A DNA stretch of 64,000 nt from Antedon mediterranea. Taxonomy: Eukaryota > Animalia > Echinodermata. Below, in pieces: positions 31,251 through 41,721 of the stretch; the first letter of the stretch is position 1, and every line of letters starts with the position of its first letter. A program made the position numbers and the translations under genes. Below the pieces are notes generated by a model that ran no database searches, was not told the origin of the DNA, and saw only the letters and a program-made list of their open reading frames with translations. Location: positions 16,413,432 through 16,477,431 of the forward strand of contig NC_092679.1 of assembly GCF_964355755.1 (NCBI RefSeq), read 5' to 3'.

Positions 31251-34200
31251 AATAAATTGCTAACACAAATCATTAACTGTAGGTCGCCTACGTTGATTTA
31301 GGCTGTGACAATACAGCGATTATATCGCGCGTGCCAACATATTGTATATTTAGACACAACAAATAACAAAGGTATTTGTAGCACAAAACACAACCAAAAC
31401 AATTATACAATAGAAACATAACAAGTAAACAAATATGTTAAAAAACACAAACAAATTATATTAAATAAACAAAGACAAGGAAGGTGAAAGTATTAGTAAT
31501 ATCTTAGCTTCGAATGGTCTGTCTTCTCTACTCTCTAAAGAGCTTTTTGCACAAATGGTTATTAAATAAAGTTCACAAGAAAAAAATCTACAATGACTAA
31601 GAGAACGTGGAAGATAAGCACTTACTTAGATAAAACTCTTTCAGTATCGCCTATAAGTGCATGCAACTTTTTAATAAGTTCGCCCAGACCATAATTATAC
31701 CAACGTCACTGGGGTGGGTGTCTGTAAAAGAAATAAAATAGAAAAACAAAACCACGTTACTAAAATTTGCGACACCTAAATTCTGTAGTATTTGTCCATA
31801 GTATTTCAAGAACGAATTCTGCTCATTATAATTGTTTTGACTCATTTCCACATCTGTTTTATAACTTGCCTCCAAATGTTAAAAATAGTCTAGTTTTTTC
31901 CCTGTCATCATTTGTATATTCACCTGCTTCAAATACCTGTCTAAACTCAATTAAATGTTATTTTAAACTGTTACACATATACTTGTGTTGCTTTTTCTGT
32001 ATTTAAGTTTATTTCATTTGTACACTTTAAAGTGTCGGAGACTCACTCGATAGTGTTTTGTTTCACTTTTTGACAATCCTGTCTACCCCACTAAAGTTCT
32101 CTGTACCTTGTGACCTGTTAATTTTGTATTATTTATTAAAAGATGAAATAAATGAAATGAAACCATAATGGTTACAACGGTTGTGACTAAATTGAAACTA
32201 CTATTCAATCTAAACATACAATTAAGTTATGATTCCATCCTTAAATTAAATTAAGAACACAAAAATAATTTTTTTTTAATGAAAAAAAATACCTATATAT
32301 AACATTACCCTACTAGGCTATACCATTAGTAAGATGAACTCGTTCAAAGTTGCAGGCGATAAACGGAATAACCTACCAACTGAAATTAAATATTCCCCAA
32401 CAATTGCTTCATTCAAAACTAGATATTGATCTCATTTCTTCTCTCACAAAACTAAAAGCTTTCCTTATGCAATACAGGTATTCCTTTACCTGATTGTGTA
32501 ATGCTGTATAAAGATGTTGTTATATAAATGAAATAAATAAATTTAGGTTTAAAAGGCAAATCACCCATGCATGATCGGGTAGTTTTATTGTGACAAAACT
32601 CATCATGCACACCCATTAGAATAATGTGTATGATACAGCGTAACCAATACTATTAAGAAGCAGGGGAAGGTTTCCTATGAAACGAGCAAAGGAAAATATA
32701 CTTTTCAATACTAAAACCCTATTTAGGGGCGGCTAACTAGTATTGCCATCTCGGCCCCTTAATAGGGGTTCTATTTTATAATAATTAAGTATTTTTTTAT
32801 ATCTCTGATATTTGCTTCTTGTAGAAAACTTGCTTTTTATATTTTAATGCGCCAGAAAACTGAGAAACAACGCAATAAAAAAACAATCATACTCTATTAC
32901 AAGTTGTAAACCAGATTTATAACATAAGCCTACAAACTTTCAATGTAAGACCAATAATAAAGGAACCAGGGACCCCTTCTAAGTAAGAACAATTCCGAAA
33001 TCAAGGCATCCGCTGAGGTTTAGTATTCAGTAATACCAGATTTACATAAGCCAACAGAAAATAAAACAAAGACATCACTCAAAACACTTGTTCGAAAATT
33101 TATGAACAGAATGTCTAAAATCGGATTACCGATTCCTCTACGAGAGAACTGTACGATGAGCACCTAATTTACACTTGAAAATACTAGAGAGACGCAACCT
33201 TGCGAGGGAAAAAAAAGATACCTCGCTAATGACGATCAAATCGGTAACGCAAGTAAATTTGATTATAATGAAAGTCTGGCTGAGCGAATTAACCGCGCGC
33301 TCTAATTACGCAGACGATGAAACGGTCATTTGTTAAAAATGGAAATCGTCAATCGGGCGTAATTCAATTGTTGATTACTGTAATGAAGTAGATGACTGTC
33401 TAAAGAGAAAGCAATATACAACACAAGCTACCTTTTATCGTATTTTATTGTATATTATTCTGTTTACTGTTCAAGTGGAGGATTCTGGTATAAAGCTCCG
33501 TCTACACTATAAAATTTGACAAAAAAAGTGTGATGTGCCCAAATATGATAGTGATATGCCCAAATATGGTACTGATATGACATCATCATTTCTATATACA
33601 TTTTTTGTCACATAAACTTTGATAGTGTAGACAGTGCTTAAGATGTGTTCACTCTTCCCTGCTTAGTATATTAAGTTCATCTTGATTACTTTACGTTTTC
33701 TCCGAATCTCAAATCAATAAAACCATTATTTTGCTCTTATGATAAGACCCACTATAACGCAAACATAACTCACTGATAGTTTTTTATTTATTTAATTAAA
33801 AAAAATTTAGTTTATGCATTTTCCTCTTAACATACAATGGTTTATTTTGGTACTTTTTTCATTCTTACCTTTTACTTGAAATGACTTTGACACATTTAGG
33901 AATGTATTTTTACTTTTTGCCAAACTGTTATCAGGAACTTATTCTCAAAAAATTACTACTGAATACATAATACTTTTAAGAATTGTATTGGTCCACTTAA
34001 AAAACATACATTATACATGCGATCCAAACAATTTATCTTCTTAATAGGGGTTTCTCATGAGTTACCAATAAAGTTGCTTATCGAGCTTATCGAGACCAAC
34101 CACTTTAATTTTAAGTTGCCCTAGCCTACATTCATTTTTGGTTGCCCCGGGACCGAGGGCAACTGATTTTGCGAGCCCAAAGATTGATATTTCCAAAGAA

Positions 34201-34964
34201 GGAACAAGGATCTACTGTATTAGTAGTGTATACGGAATAAACTCTATTTTCTATAATGTTGAACGAACATTACGACGTTTGTAACATTATTCCTATAACT
34301 TGTTTGATTCCAATTATTTTCAGGTCAATTAAAAATCAACTACTATTACTATTTATCACAATATAAATTGCTGTTCTTTTTTTAACAGTGTTTTTAAACA
34401 AACAGTTTGACCTTGTCAGAAGTGTTGGCAGACGTACCTACATCTGTCAACGTATCTGCTATTATGTTGTAAGTCAACCAATAGAAGTAGTTTTTTCCAA
34501 ACCGAAACAAGTAGTTATTTTGCTAATAACATGTGTTCTATTCATACTAGAACAGCATGCATTGTATAATCTTGTTGGTATTCCAATAAAACAAATTGAA
34601 TAAGATATAAATGAGCTTAAAATTAATGTCTTTATTGAAATCTGGAATAGAACAATTGAAGTCAGGCGAAGGTGGCACGCGCGACCGACAATGGGTTGAC
34701 AAAAGATTGTTAGCTAACTAACTGAAGAAATTCAAGTCAAGAATCACTGCACTATTGTCTATTTACTATTCACTTTCGAGCAACGCGATTGGCTGAGTAA
34801 GTTTTATGATAATCACGTTTAATGTAATCTGATTGGCTATAATCGAGTGAAATAGATTTCTGCAATGAATATAAGATGGCAATATATTAACAGCAAAACA
34901 CTTTAAATTAGGTTGCTAATTTCATAAGTCACTCTGAAGCACCAATTACTTGAACATCTTCAAC

Positions 34965-37143
34965 ATGTCTTCTATTTCTCAATCTATGTCGCTAGCTTCT
35001 GATCCACTAGGCCTGAATCTACAGGGAACCAAAACAGAAAAATGTGAAGATTTTTCTAGTCTTTATCTCGATTCGAATCAAAGACACGGGATACCAGACA
35101 CACCAGGTAAGCAAAAACGCGACTGAATTGGGTTTTTTTTGTTAGATATTTCAAACAGTTTAAACTGACATCGATCTAATTATCTCTTTATTTTATTTTT
35201 GTAAATTCATTAAAATAATTGAGTGAATAATATAATTTCAAGTTTTGGATAATTTTAAAAATACAAATAAAGTTGAATAGATTTTTTTTTAGATGTTTCA
35301 GATACATACGACCGAACACGCGCTTTAACATTTTCTTTTTTTCTTTAAACCATATTAATTTATCAAACTATATTATTTTTTTGCGCTTATTTTTTTAAAA
35401 GCTCTACAGTCAACTTAAGTTAGATCTATCACCTGAAATATGTACTATTTAACTATTCATTTTATTTCATTTCCTAATTTTTCGGATACATACATACGAC
35501 CGTACTCAAAATCACTAAAATGGTCGTAATATACCATATTTTATAAAACTAAATAATTGTTTGCGCATCTCTTATTTAAACTCTACAATCAACTTAAGTT
35601 AATTCTATCGCTTGATATATGTACTTTGTAACTATTCATTTTATTTAACTATTAAACAAAATGTTCGTAATTGCAATGACCATTCCTTGTTTTCTTTATA
35701 CATTCATAAGTTATCAGCAATCTGTGGTATCTTAATGTATTAGAAATACAATTGAATAGATTTTATAATGTTTAAGTTACATAGACAGTACCCGTAGATA
35801 ACTAAACTCTTCTCTTGTTCCTAACACGATATTGTTATAAAACTAAATTTATTTGTTGTGCATCTCTTTTATCTCTTTATGTAAAACGCTACAGTCCACT
35901 TGATTTAGATCTATCGCTTGTACTGTACTTAAAAAAAAATATTAACATTATTTAACTACTACTATACGGTGTCTTATTGTAGAATTGTTTCTAAATATCA
36001 ATATTCATATTCTTTTTCTACAGAAAATTCGCTCTTCCAAGATTGTTCAGAAGGCGCATTTAAGAAGATGAAACCGACGATAGCATCGGTTCACATGGGA
36101 GCCACATTGCAACCAAACCCTATAACGTGTCCACCAACACCAGCAAGACGACGTCACAGAACCACATTCACACAAGAACAACTCCAGAAACTAGAAACAG
36201 CTTTCAGTAAAAGTCATTATCCAGATATATATGTGAGAGAAGATCTTGCAAAACAGACCAAGTTAAACGAAGCAAGAATTCAGGTAAATATAAGTTACTA
36301 GGCCTTGCTAACATTTGTTTTCACAATGCGTCAGGCGAATATGGGCAGCGCTTGAGTCTAAAAGTATGTTCATGCGTACGGAGCCTGTAATGTCACGGTA
36401 ACTTTTAAAAATATCACGGCAATTTAAAAAAAAAGCCACCGTCGGCAATTTGCTGAGACAGTTTTTGACAGTCTAGTTGCGTAATAAAAACCTCTTAAAC
36501 TTTACTACCAAAAATGGTTATGTACAAAAAGGTATTACAATTCTGAATACTGAAATGAATTATTGGAACGTGTGCAAAATCTTGGTTTTGCAATATTTTT
36601 AAATCTTAATCAAATTAAGACAGCTTCTTCAGATAATGTTAAAAATCTTTAATTGTGCTTCTAAACTTGTATATTGAACATTTTGAACGTAAAACCACAG
36701 TAGGGCCTACTAGGCCTAATAAAATTACGATTATGAACTTCGGTAAAATTACAATTTATTAACTGTTTTGATTTTTATCTCGTCAGGTCTGGTTCCAAAA
36801 TCGCCGAGCTAAATATCGCAAACAAGAGAAACAACTCGCAAAGTCCGTATCTCCAGTGTTACCATCATGCAATGGTATTATGCGCAACTTCTATCCAAGT
36901 AATCAACGTGCGTACCAATATCCACCAATGAACAGCATGGCGCGGTACCCCCAAATGACGTCAAGTACATACGGAACAATGACGCACACGCAATTCCCAT
37001 CAATGAGTTCTAGCTGTAGTGGTATGAGCATGCGTAGTGATGCTCACATCGAAGACGATTGGTATAACAAAAGTTTATCGGCTTTACGCATGAACTCGAC
37101 GCAGTGTAATTTTTCATCATCGATGCTTCAATACCAATCATAG
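34965..37143 (+). CDS. PROP1: PROP-family paired-like (Q50) homeobox protein (PROP1/unc-42/CG32532 type), 252 aa. Exons 34965-35106, 36024-36283, 36787-37143
   Basis: Homeodomain [46 protein letters not shown]|[14 protein letters not shown] with the PRD-class intron between residues 46 and 47. The RRRHRTTF and EARIQ residues fit the Prop family. Phases are consistent. Confidence 0.9.
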
Positions 37144-37166
37144 AACTTAAATTTTACGACACAAAT

Positions 37167-37400
37167 CTAAGGATCTGAGCTCCGGAGATCAAAGCGTTTA
37201 TCTGTGGCTGTGACACGATCAGTTCCACGCACCCTAAACGTTTTGATTAGCCAAAGGTTTGGTTAACAGCACCGCGCCGCGGAGAATATGTACAGGCCTA
37301 CTCCAGTAGAACTGTTGGTATTTGTCGCAGCCAGACATAATATCAAAGGACGGTTACGAGTTCCTATCTTGGCAATGCGAGCTCAGCTTCCTGATATTAG
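37167..37400. mobile_element. MITE family 4 (TIR CTAACAACAGG..ACTGAGCTC) in the PROP 3' UTR; second copy 56276-56484
   Basis: The two copies share GAGCTCCGGA.ATCAAAG.GTTTATCTGTGGCTG...GTCGCAGCCAGACAT...GAGCTCAG and have inverted termini. Confidence 0.75.
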
Positions 37401-37650
37401 ATTGTATTGTCTTTAAAATACCAAAGAACGTTCAGTGAATGTAGGCGTTCGCGCCTCATCGCTGAATTTCCGGGTGTTCGTGTACATTTCGGCATATTAT
37501 GTAACTTGTACAGCATTTGTGTATCAATTTTGTAATTATTAAGTGAAATCAAAGAGCGTATATCTTTGAGGTGCAATATATATTATACATTTCGGTATAT
37601 TTTAAAATGGTGAATACTGTAAAGCTCTGTCTACAATACCAAACTAGTTT

Positions 37651-37825
37651 GTGATGCGCCTAAATATGGTAGTGATATGCCTAAATATGGTAGTGATATG
37701 CCTAAATATGGTAGTGATATGCCTAAATATGGTAGTGATATGCCTAAATATGGTAGTGATATGCCTAAATATGGTAGTGATATGCCTAAATATGGTAGTG
37801 ATATGCCTAAATATGGTAGTGATAT
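37651..37825. repeat. About 8 near-perfect 21-bp units GTGATATGCCTAAATATGGTA expanded from a truncated MITE family 1 copy
   Basis: Preceded by the family 1 TIR at 37623. The unit equals the MITE internal repeat. Confidence 0.95.
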
Positions 37826-38391
37826 TTACTGTATATTTAAAAATGAAAATAGAAACAAAGACATTATGTTATTTAATATTACCGTATTTATTATGATAAA
37901 TCAACTCGTGTACAAAGTGAAAATAAATTTTAATGACCATAATATATTTGTGTCGAAGTGTCCTGTCAATTAATAATGTTGGCCTTCAATCTTAAAGTAT
38001 GTATCCTCCGCGTACATTATAGGCCTATGTGTGGGTGGTGAATGTGAAAATAAAGAATTGAATTGAATGAAACTTGAAAAAAATCTTGAATCAAACAATC
38101 GAGCACCATTTGCATTCTAAATAGCACCAAAGACCGTCATTGATTTGCAGTTTCATTTTGCAGTTATTTGCTGTACGAGTCACAATAGGAGGACGTCACA
38201 ACTTTTTAACAAAGAGGCAGTGAATGCACCCGATTCCCAGTGCTGTATTTCCACCCTCTCTATTTGGTCTGGTAAATGTCGTGTCTTTCAGCTGTCATCA
38301 AACGGTGCTCATTTTGATCCACTTGATCTGACAAAATGTAACAGCAGCATTCGATCCTCATAAGCGATTAAAGAACTTGAAACTTCGTATA

Positions 38392-38668
38392 AGAAATTGC
38401 ACAGGTTGGTGTATATTTCTAGAAGTTTAAAAAGTACTTTTAGAAAGATCTCTTTCTCAAGTTTGACGTTTCGTTACTATTCTCAGAAATTGCGCAGGCT
38501 GCTGGTGATTATTTCTGGAAGTTTAAAAAGTACTTTTAGAAAGATCTCTATTCTCAAGTTTCATGTTTCGTTACTTTTCTCAGAAATTGCACAAGTTGGT
38601 GTTTATTTCTAGAAGTGTAAGAAGTACTTTTCGAAAGACCTCCATTCTCAAGTTTGATGTTTCGTTAC
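38392..38668. repeat. Three ~93-97-bp tandem units overlapping the TMED stop codon
   Basis: AGAAATTGC...AAGTACTTTT.GAAAGA...TTCTCAAGTTT...GTTTCGTTAC repeated three times. Confidence 0.9.
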
Positions 38669-39382
38669 GGTTTTCTTATCCGTGAAAAAGTTCCTCATAA
38701 CAACAGTTTGTCCAATTCCAGTCAACAAAATCACAATGGCCACCGCAAACGACCAATTGCTGATACGCCCAAGAAGTTGTTCAGCATAATGGCGCCCTAC
38801 CTGCTCTCGAATTCGATACTGTTTCTGATCTTCAATCATTTCTAATAGATTCTGATAAATCTCCTCTTGATAGGCCTCCAATGCAGTCATTACCGTCTGC
38901 TTACCGTGTCCAATCTTACGAGACAAAGTACTTTCAGTGTCTGGGAGAAACTGGAAGAAAACCGTCTTCTTCGTCATTGTAGAAAACTTATTACTGAAGC
39001 AGAATTGGTACGTTCCTTTCCCGGTGTCGAATGTTACCTCCTGAGTTGTTTCCTTCTGGAAATGGGCAACTGTTTTTCCACCCGGTGACGTAATTATGAC
39101 GTCGACGTCACGGTTTCCACCCGAAACTACCTTAAATTGAAATTGGTAGCGGCTCCCGGATGGAAAGTTTTCGTAGAAGCAGGTTTCCTCGCGTTCGCCG
39201 AGTCTGAAAGTTAAGGCAGACCGAGGAAGCTTGCCGGCTGTGTTGACTTTTTCGTGTTCGTGATCTTCATGATGATCCATTAGGTCAACGGCCATTTTAT
39301 TGACGTCAAATTGCTCGATGTGCTGGCAAGACACAAAAGCCATTAGATGTAAAGATAACACAACCACGAAGATTTTCATCAT
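38648..39382 (-). CDS. Intronless p24-gamma (TMED7/TMED3-like) cargo receptor, 244 aa
   Basis: Signal peptide MMKIFVVVLSLHLMAFVSC; GOLD domain (LTFRL..REETCFYE, VVSGGNRDVD, GTYQFCFSNKFST); coiled coil; TM; FF-containing tail MRNFFTDKK. Single ORF. Confidence 0.92.
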   Translation of the reverse strand: MMKIFVVVLSLHLMAFVSCQHIEQFDVNKMAVDLMDHHEDHEHEKVNTAGKLPRSALTFRLGEREETCFYENFPSGSRYQFQFKVVSGGNRDVDVIITSPGGKTVAHFQKETTQEVTFDTGKGTYQFCFSNKFSTMTKKTVFFQFLPDTESTLSRKIGHGKQTVMTALEAYQEEIYQNLLEMIEDQKQYRIREQVGRHYAEQLLGRISNWSFAVAIVILLTGIGQTVVMRNFFTDKKTVTKHQT

Positions 39383-39871
39383 AAAAGTTGCCTTTCGTAT
39401 GCTTCCGTACAAGAAGACTATCCGGACACGTAGTAGCCGATTAATTGTGAATAAAATCAAGCTGTCGAAGCACACACTTTAAACCAACTAAAATAAATAA
39501 AATCAATCGCATACATTGTTAACAGTGTAACAGGTTGTCGCAATGATATTGGCGGGCTTTGTTCGTCTCGCTAAATTGCAATTGATTGGTTGTCTGTTTG
39601 TTACGTCACATGTTCATGTGGCAGGTTATTACGTAACTAAAACAGTGTACACAAAAGCTAATCTGGGCTCCAGACGGAGTTTTGTCTTAATATTAGTAAA
39701 AATATAAATATTTTTGCACATATGGCGTTTCATACGTGTATTACTTGAGTTTGTATTTTCAGAAAAAAATCGAAAAAAAAAAAAAGACAATGAATACGGA
39801 CTTGGGGCAAGTCTACACAAACGCATAATTAAATCGTTACATTTACTTAAATGCATGTAAAAGTGAAATAA

Positions 39872-40266
39872 AAATAAAAACCGTTAAGCAATACTGTTAA
39901 AACCGATATATTTCTTTTATTTACAAAAATGTTTCAAATTGGTATTTATTAGAAAGAAATCTAATGAATTTATTATCGCTTGTTGTGACACGTCATCGCT
40001 TGCAATGTTTTTCTGTAGGCCTATATTAAACAATCAGGGGTGAAATGTATGTTCCAGTAAAGGGAAATTAAAAAAAAAACGTTAAGCAATACTGTTAAAA
40101 CCGAAACACCGTGTTTATATTTCTTTTATTTACAAAAATGTTTCAAATTGGTATTTATTAGAAAGAAATCTAATGAATTTATTATCGGTTGTTTTAACAC
40201 GTCATCGGTTGCAATGTTTTTCTGTAGGCCTATTATACAATCAGGGGGTGAAATGTATGTTCCAGT
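39872..40266. repeat. Local tandem duplication of ~195 bp
   Basis: CGTTAAGCAATACTGTTAAAACCGA...GGGTGAAATGTATGTTCCAGTA occurs twice. Confidence 0.9.
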
Positions 40267-41269
40267 ATATTAAAAATGTTTAGTTTGTAAAGTAGTAATT
40301 TATTTCTACAACATATTAATATATTTTCTTAAATTCTGCTCAGTTGTTTTCTTAATATATTTCATGCTATAAATTCTATGTAAAACTGATTATAAATCCT
40401 TTCTTGTTTAAATTAAACTAAAATATGTTTCTCGTGCAACTAGCAGTAAAGAGCTAAACAAATTTTAAGCCAGTGTACGCTCATTGTTATTCGGTGAATT
40501 TAAACTCCGCGTGACACTATGAACGCTTATGTGGAGCCATGTTTTGGGTTTCTAAACAATTATGATATCTTAAGCTTAAACTATCAACCTATAGACGAAA
40601 AATAAGTGATGTGCCCATATACAGACACGATGACATCATATGACTACCATATTTGGGCACATCACACTTTTTTTGTCAAACTAGTTTGATAGTGTTTTTT
40701 TATAAACAATTGTAGGCACACACAATCGACCCACTTTTCAAGAGTTGGGTTCACTTGTTTTTAATAGATTTTATGTAAAAATGCTGATATCGCATTTGTT
40801 ACTACTGTATTTAAGACAATTGCGCACTCAAAAGATTGTTTTTCAAACAAAAATATTGGCTGTATGTACTGTGTTTATATTAACTTTAAAAAAAAAATTT
40901 TTTTTCATTAACAAAATTTAGGAAAGACAGTCTCTGCCAATTCCTATAGAAAATCATGACATTATATTGCACAACAATAATTTCCCCGCCACCAATCCCA
41001 CCCACATACTTCTCAACCTCTCCGCTAACTTCTCTGACACCAGCGTTGGAAAGACTGTATTATTATAATACGTCCAAAAACACTGTAGTTGGCCCCACTT
41101 TAGTTTTCCCTACTTTACTTGCCCATGTTTTACTTGCCCATACTTTCTTTGTCATGCATGAACAAACATCTACCAATCATGCTATATTTTAATCTCTTTA
41201 CAGTTTTAAATTGTTAAAATTATAATTATTTTCTTCTGTGCCTCATTTTAAGTCACGTGCAAGGCGATT

Positions 41270-41345
41270 TTACAGCTCACTATGTCGGTCGGTCGGTAAA
41301 CACTAACTTGAGCACGCGACTGCAGCCACGTATATGGCCTTATTC
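41270..41345. repeat. Short interspersed repeat with (GTCG)n core; second copy ~49428-49512. Possibly a Helentron-associated element
   Basis: AGCTCACTATGTCGGTC.GT.GGT...AAACACTAAC...TTGAGCACGCGACTGCAGCCA.GTATATGGCCTT is shared. The class assignment is inference. Confidence 0.6.
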
Positions 41346-41721
41346 TTTCTTGTTTTTGTTTGGTGTGCATTGAAACGATGTCACCAACTGCAGTGGCAAT
41401 AATAATGTATGCTGCTACAGTGCTATAGTATATGTCTCTCGACAAAGTAGGTCAGAGTGTTAATAACCCCCTTTTTGTTCTTAAAAAAACTATTATAGTC
41501 TCGCATTATTTCTTTTTAAAAACAAAATATCCGAATAAAATAAAAGCTATGTGAATAAGAGATGTCTTATACCGGCTAAACTGTTCCCGCATGCATATTC
41601 CTATTTATAATATAACATTATAAAGCTGCCCCAGCTTATTCTTTAATATTTGCAATTTCAACACCCCTGTACAAATATCTGGCCAATGACAATGAATAGC
41701 TGCTGTTTTTGTATGTATTTG

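Noticed and set aside
37651-37973. MPKYGSD / LNMVVIC repeat ORFs and a CRISPR-like look
   Set aside because: Head-to-tail 21-bp MITE-derived units with no unique spacers and no cas genes; eukaryotic context.
39383-39475. N-terminal extension of the TMED ORF in the ORF track
   Set aside because: It begins at a non-ATG codon; the signal peptide starts at the ATG at 39382.
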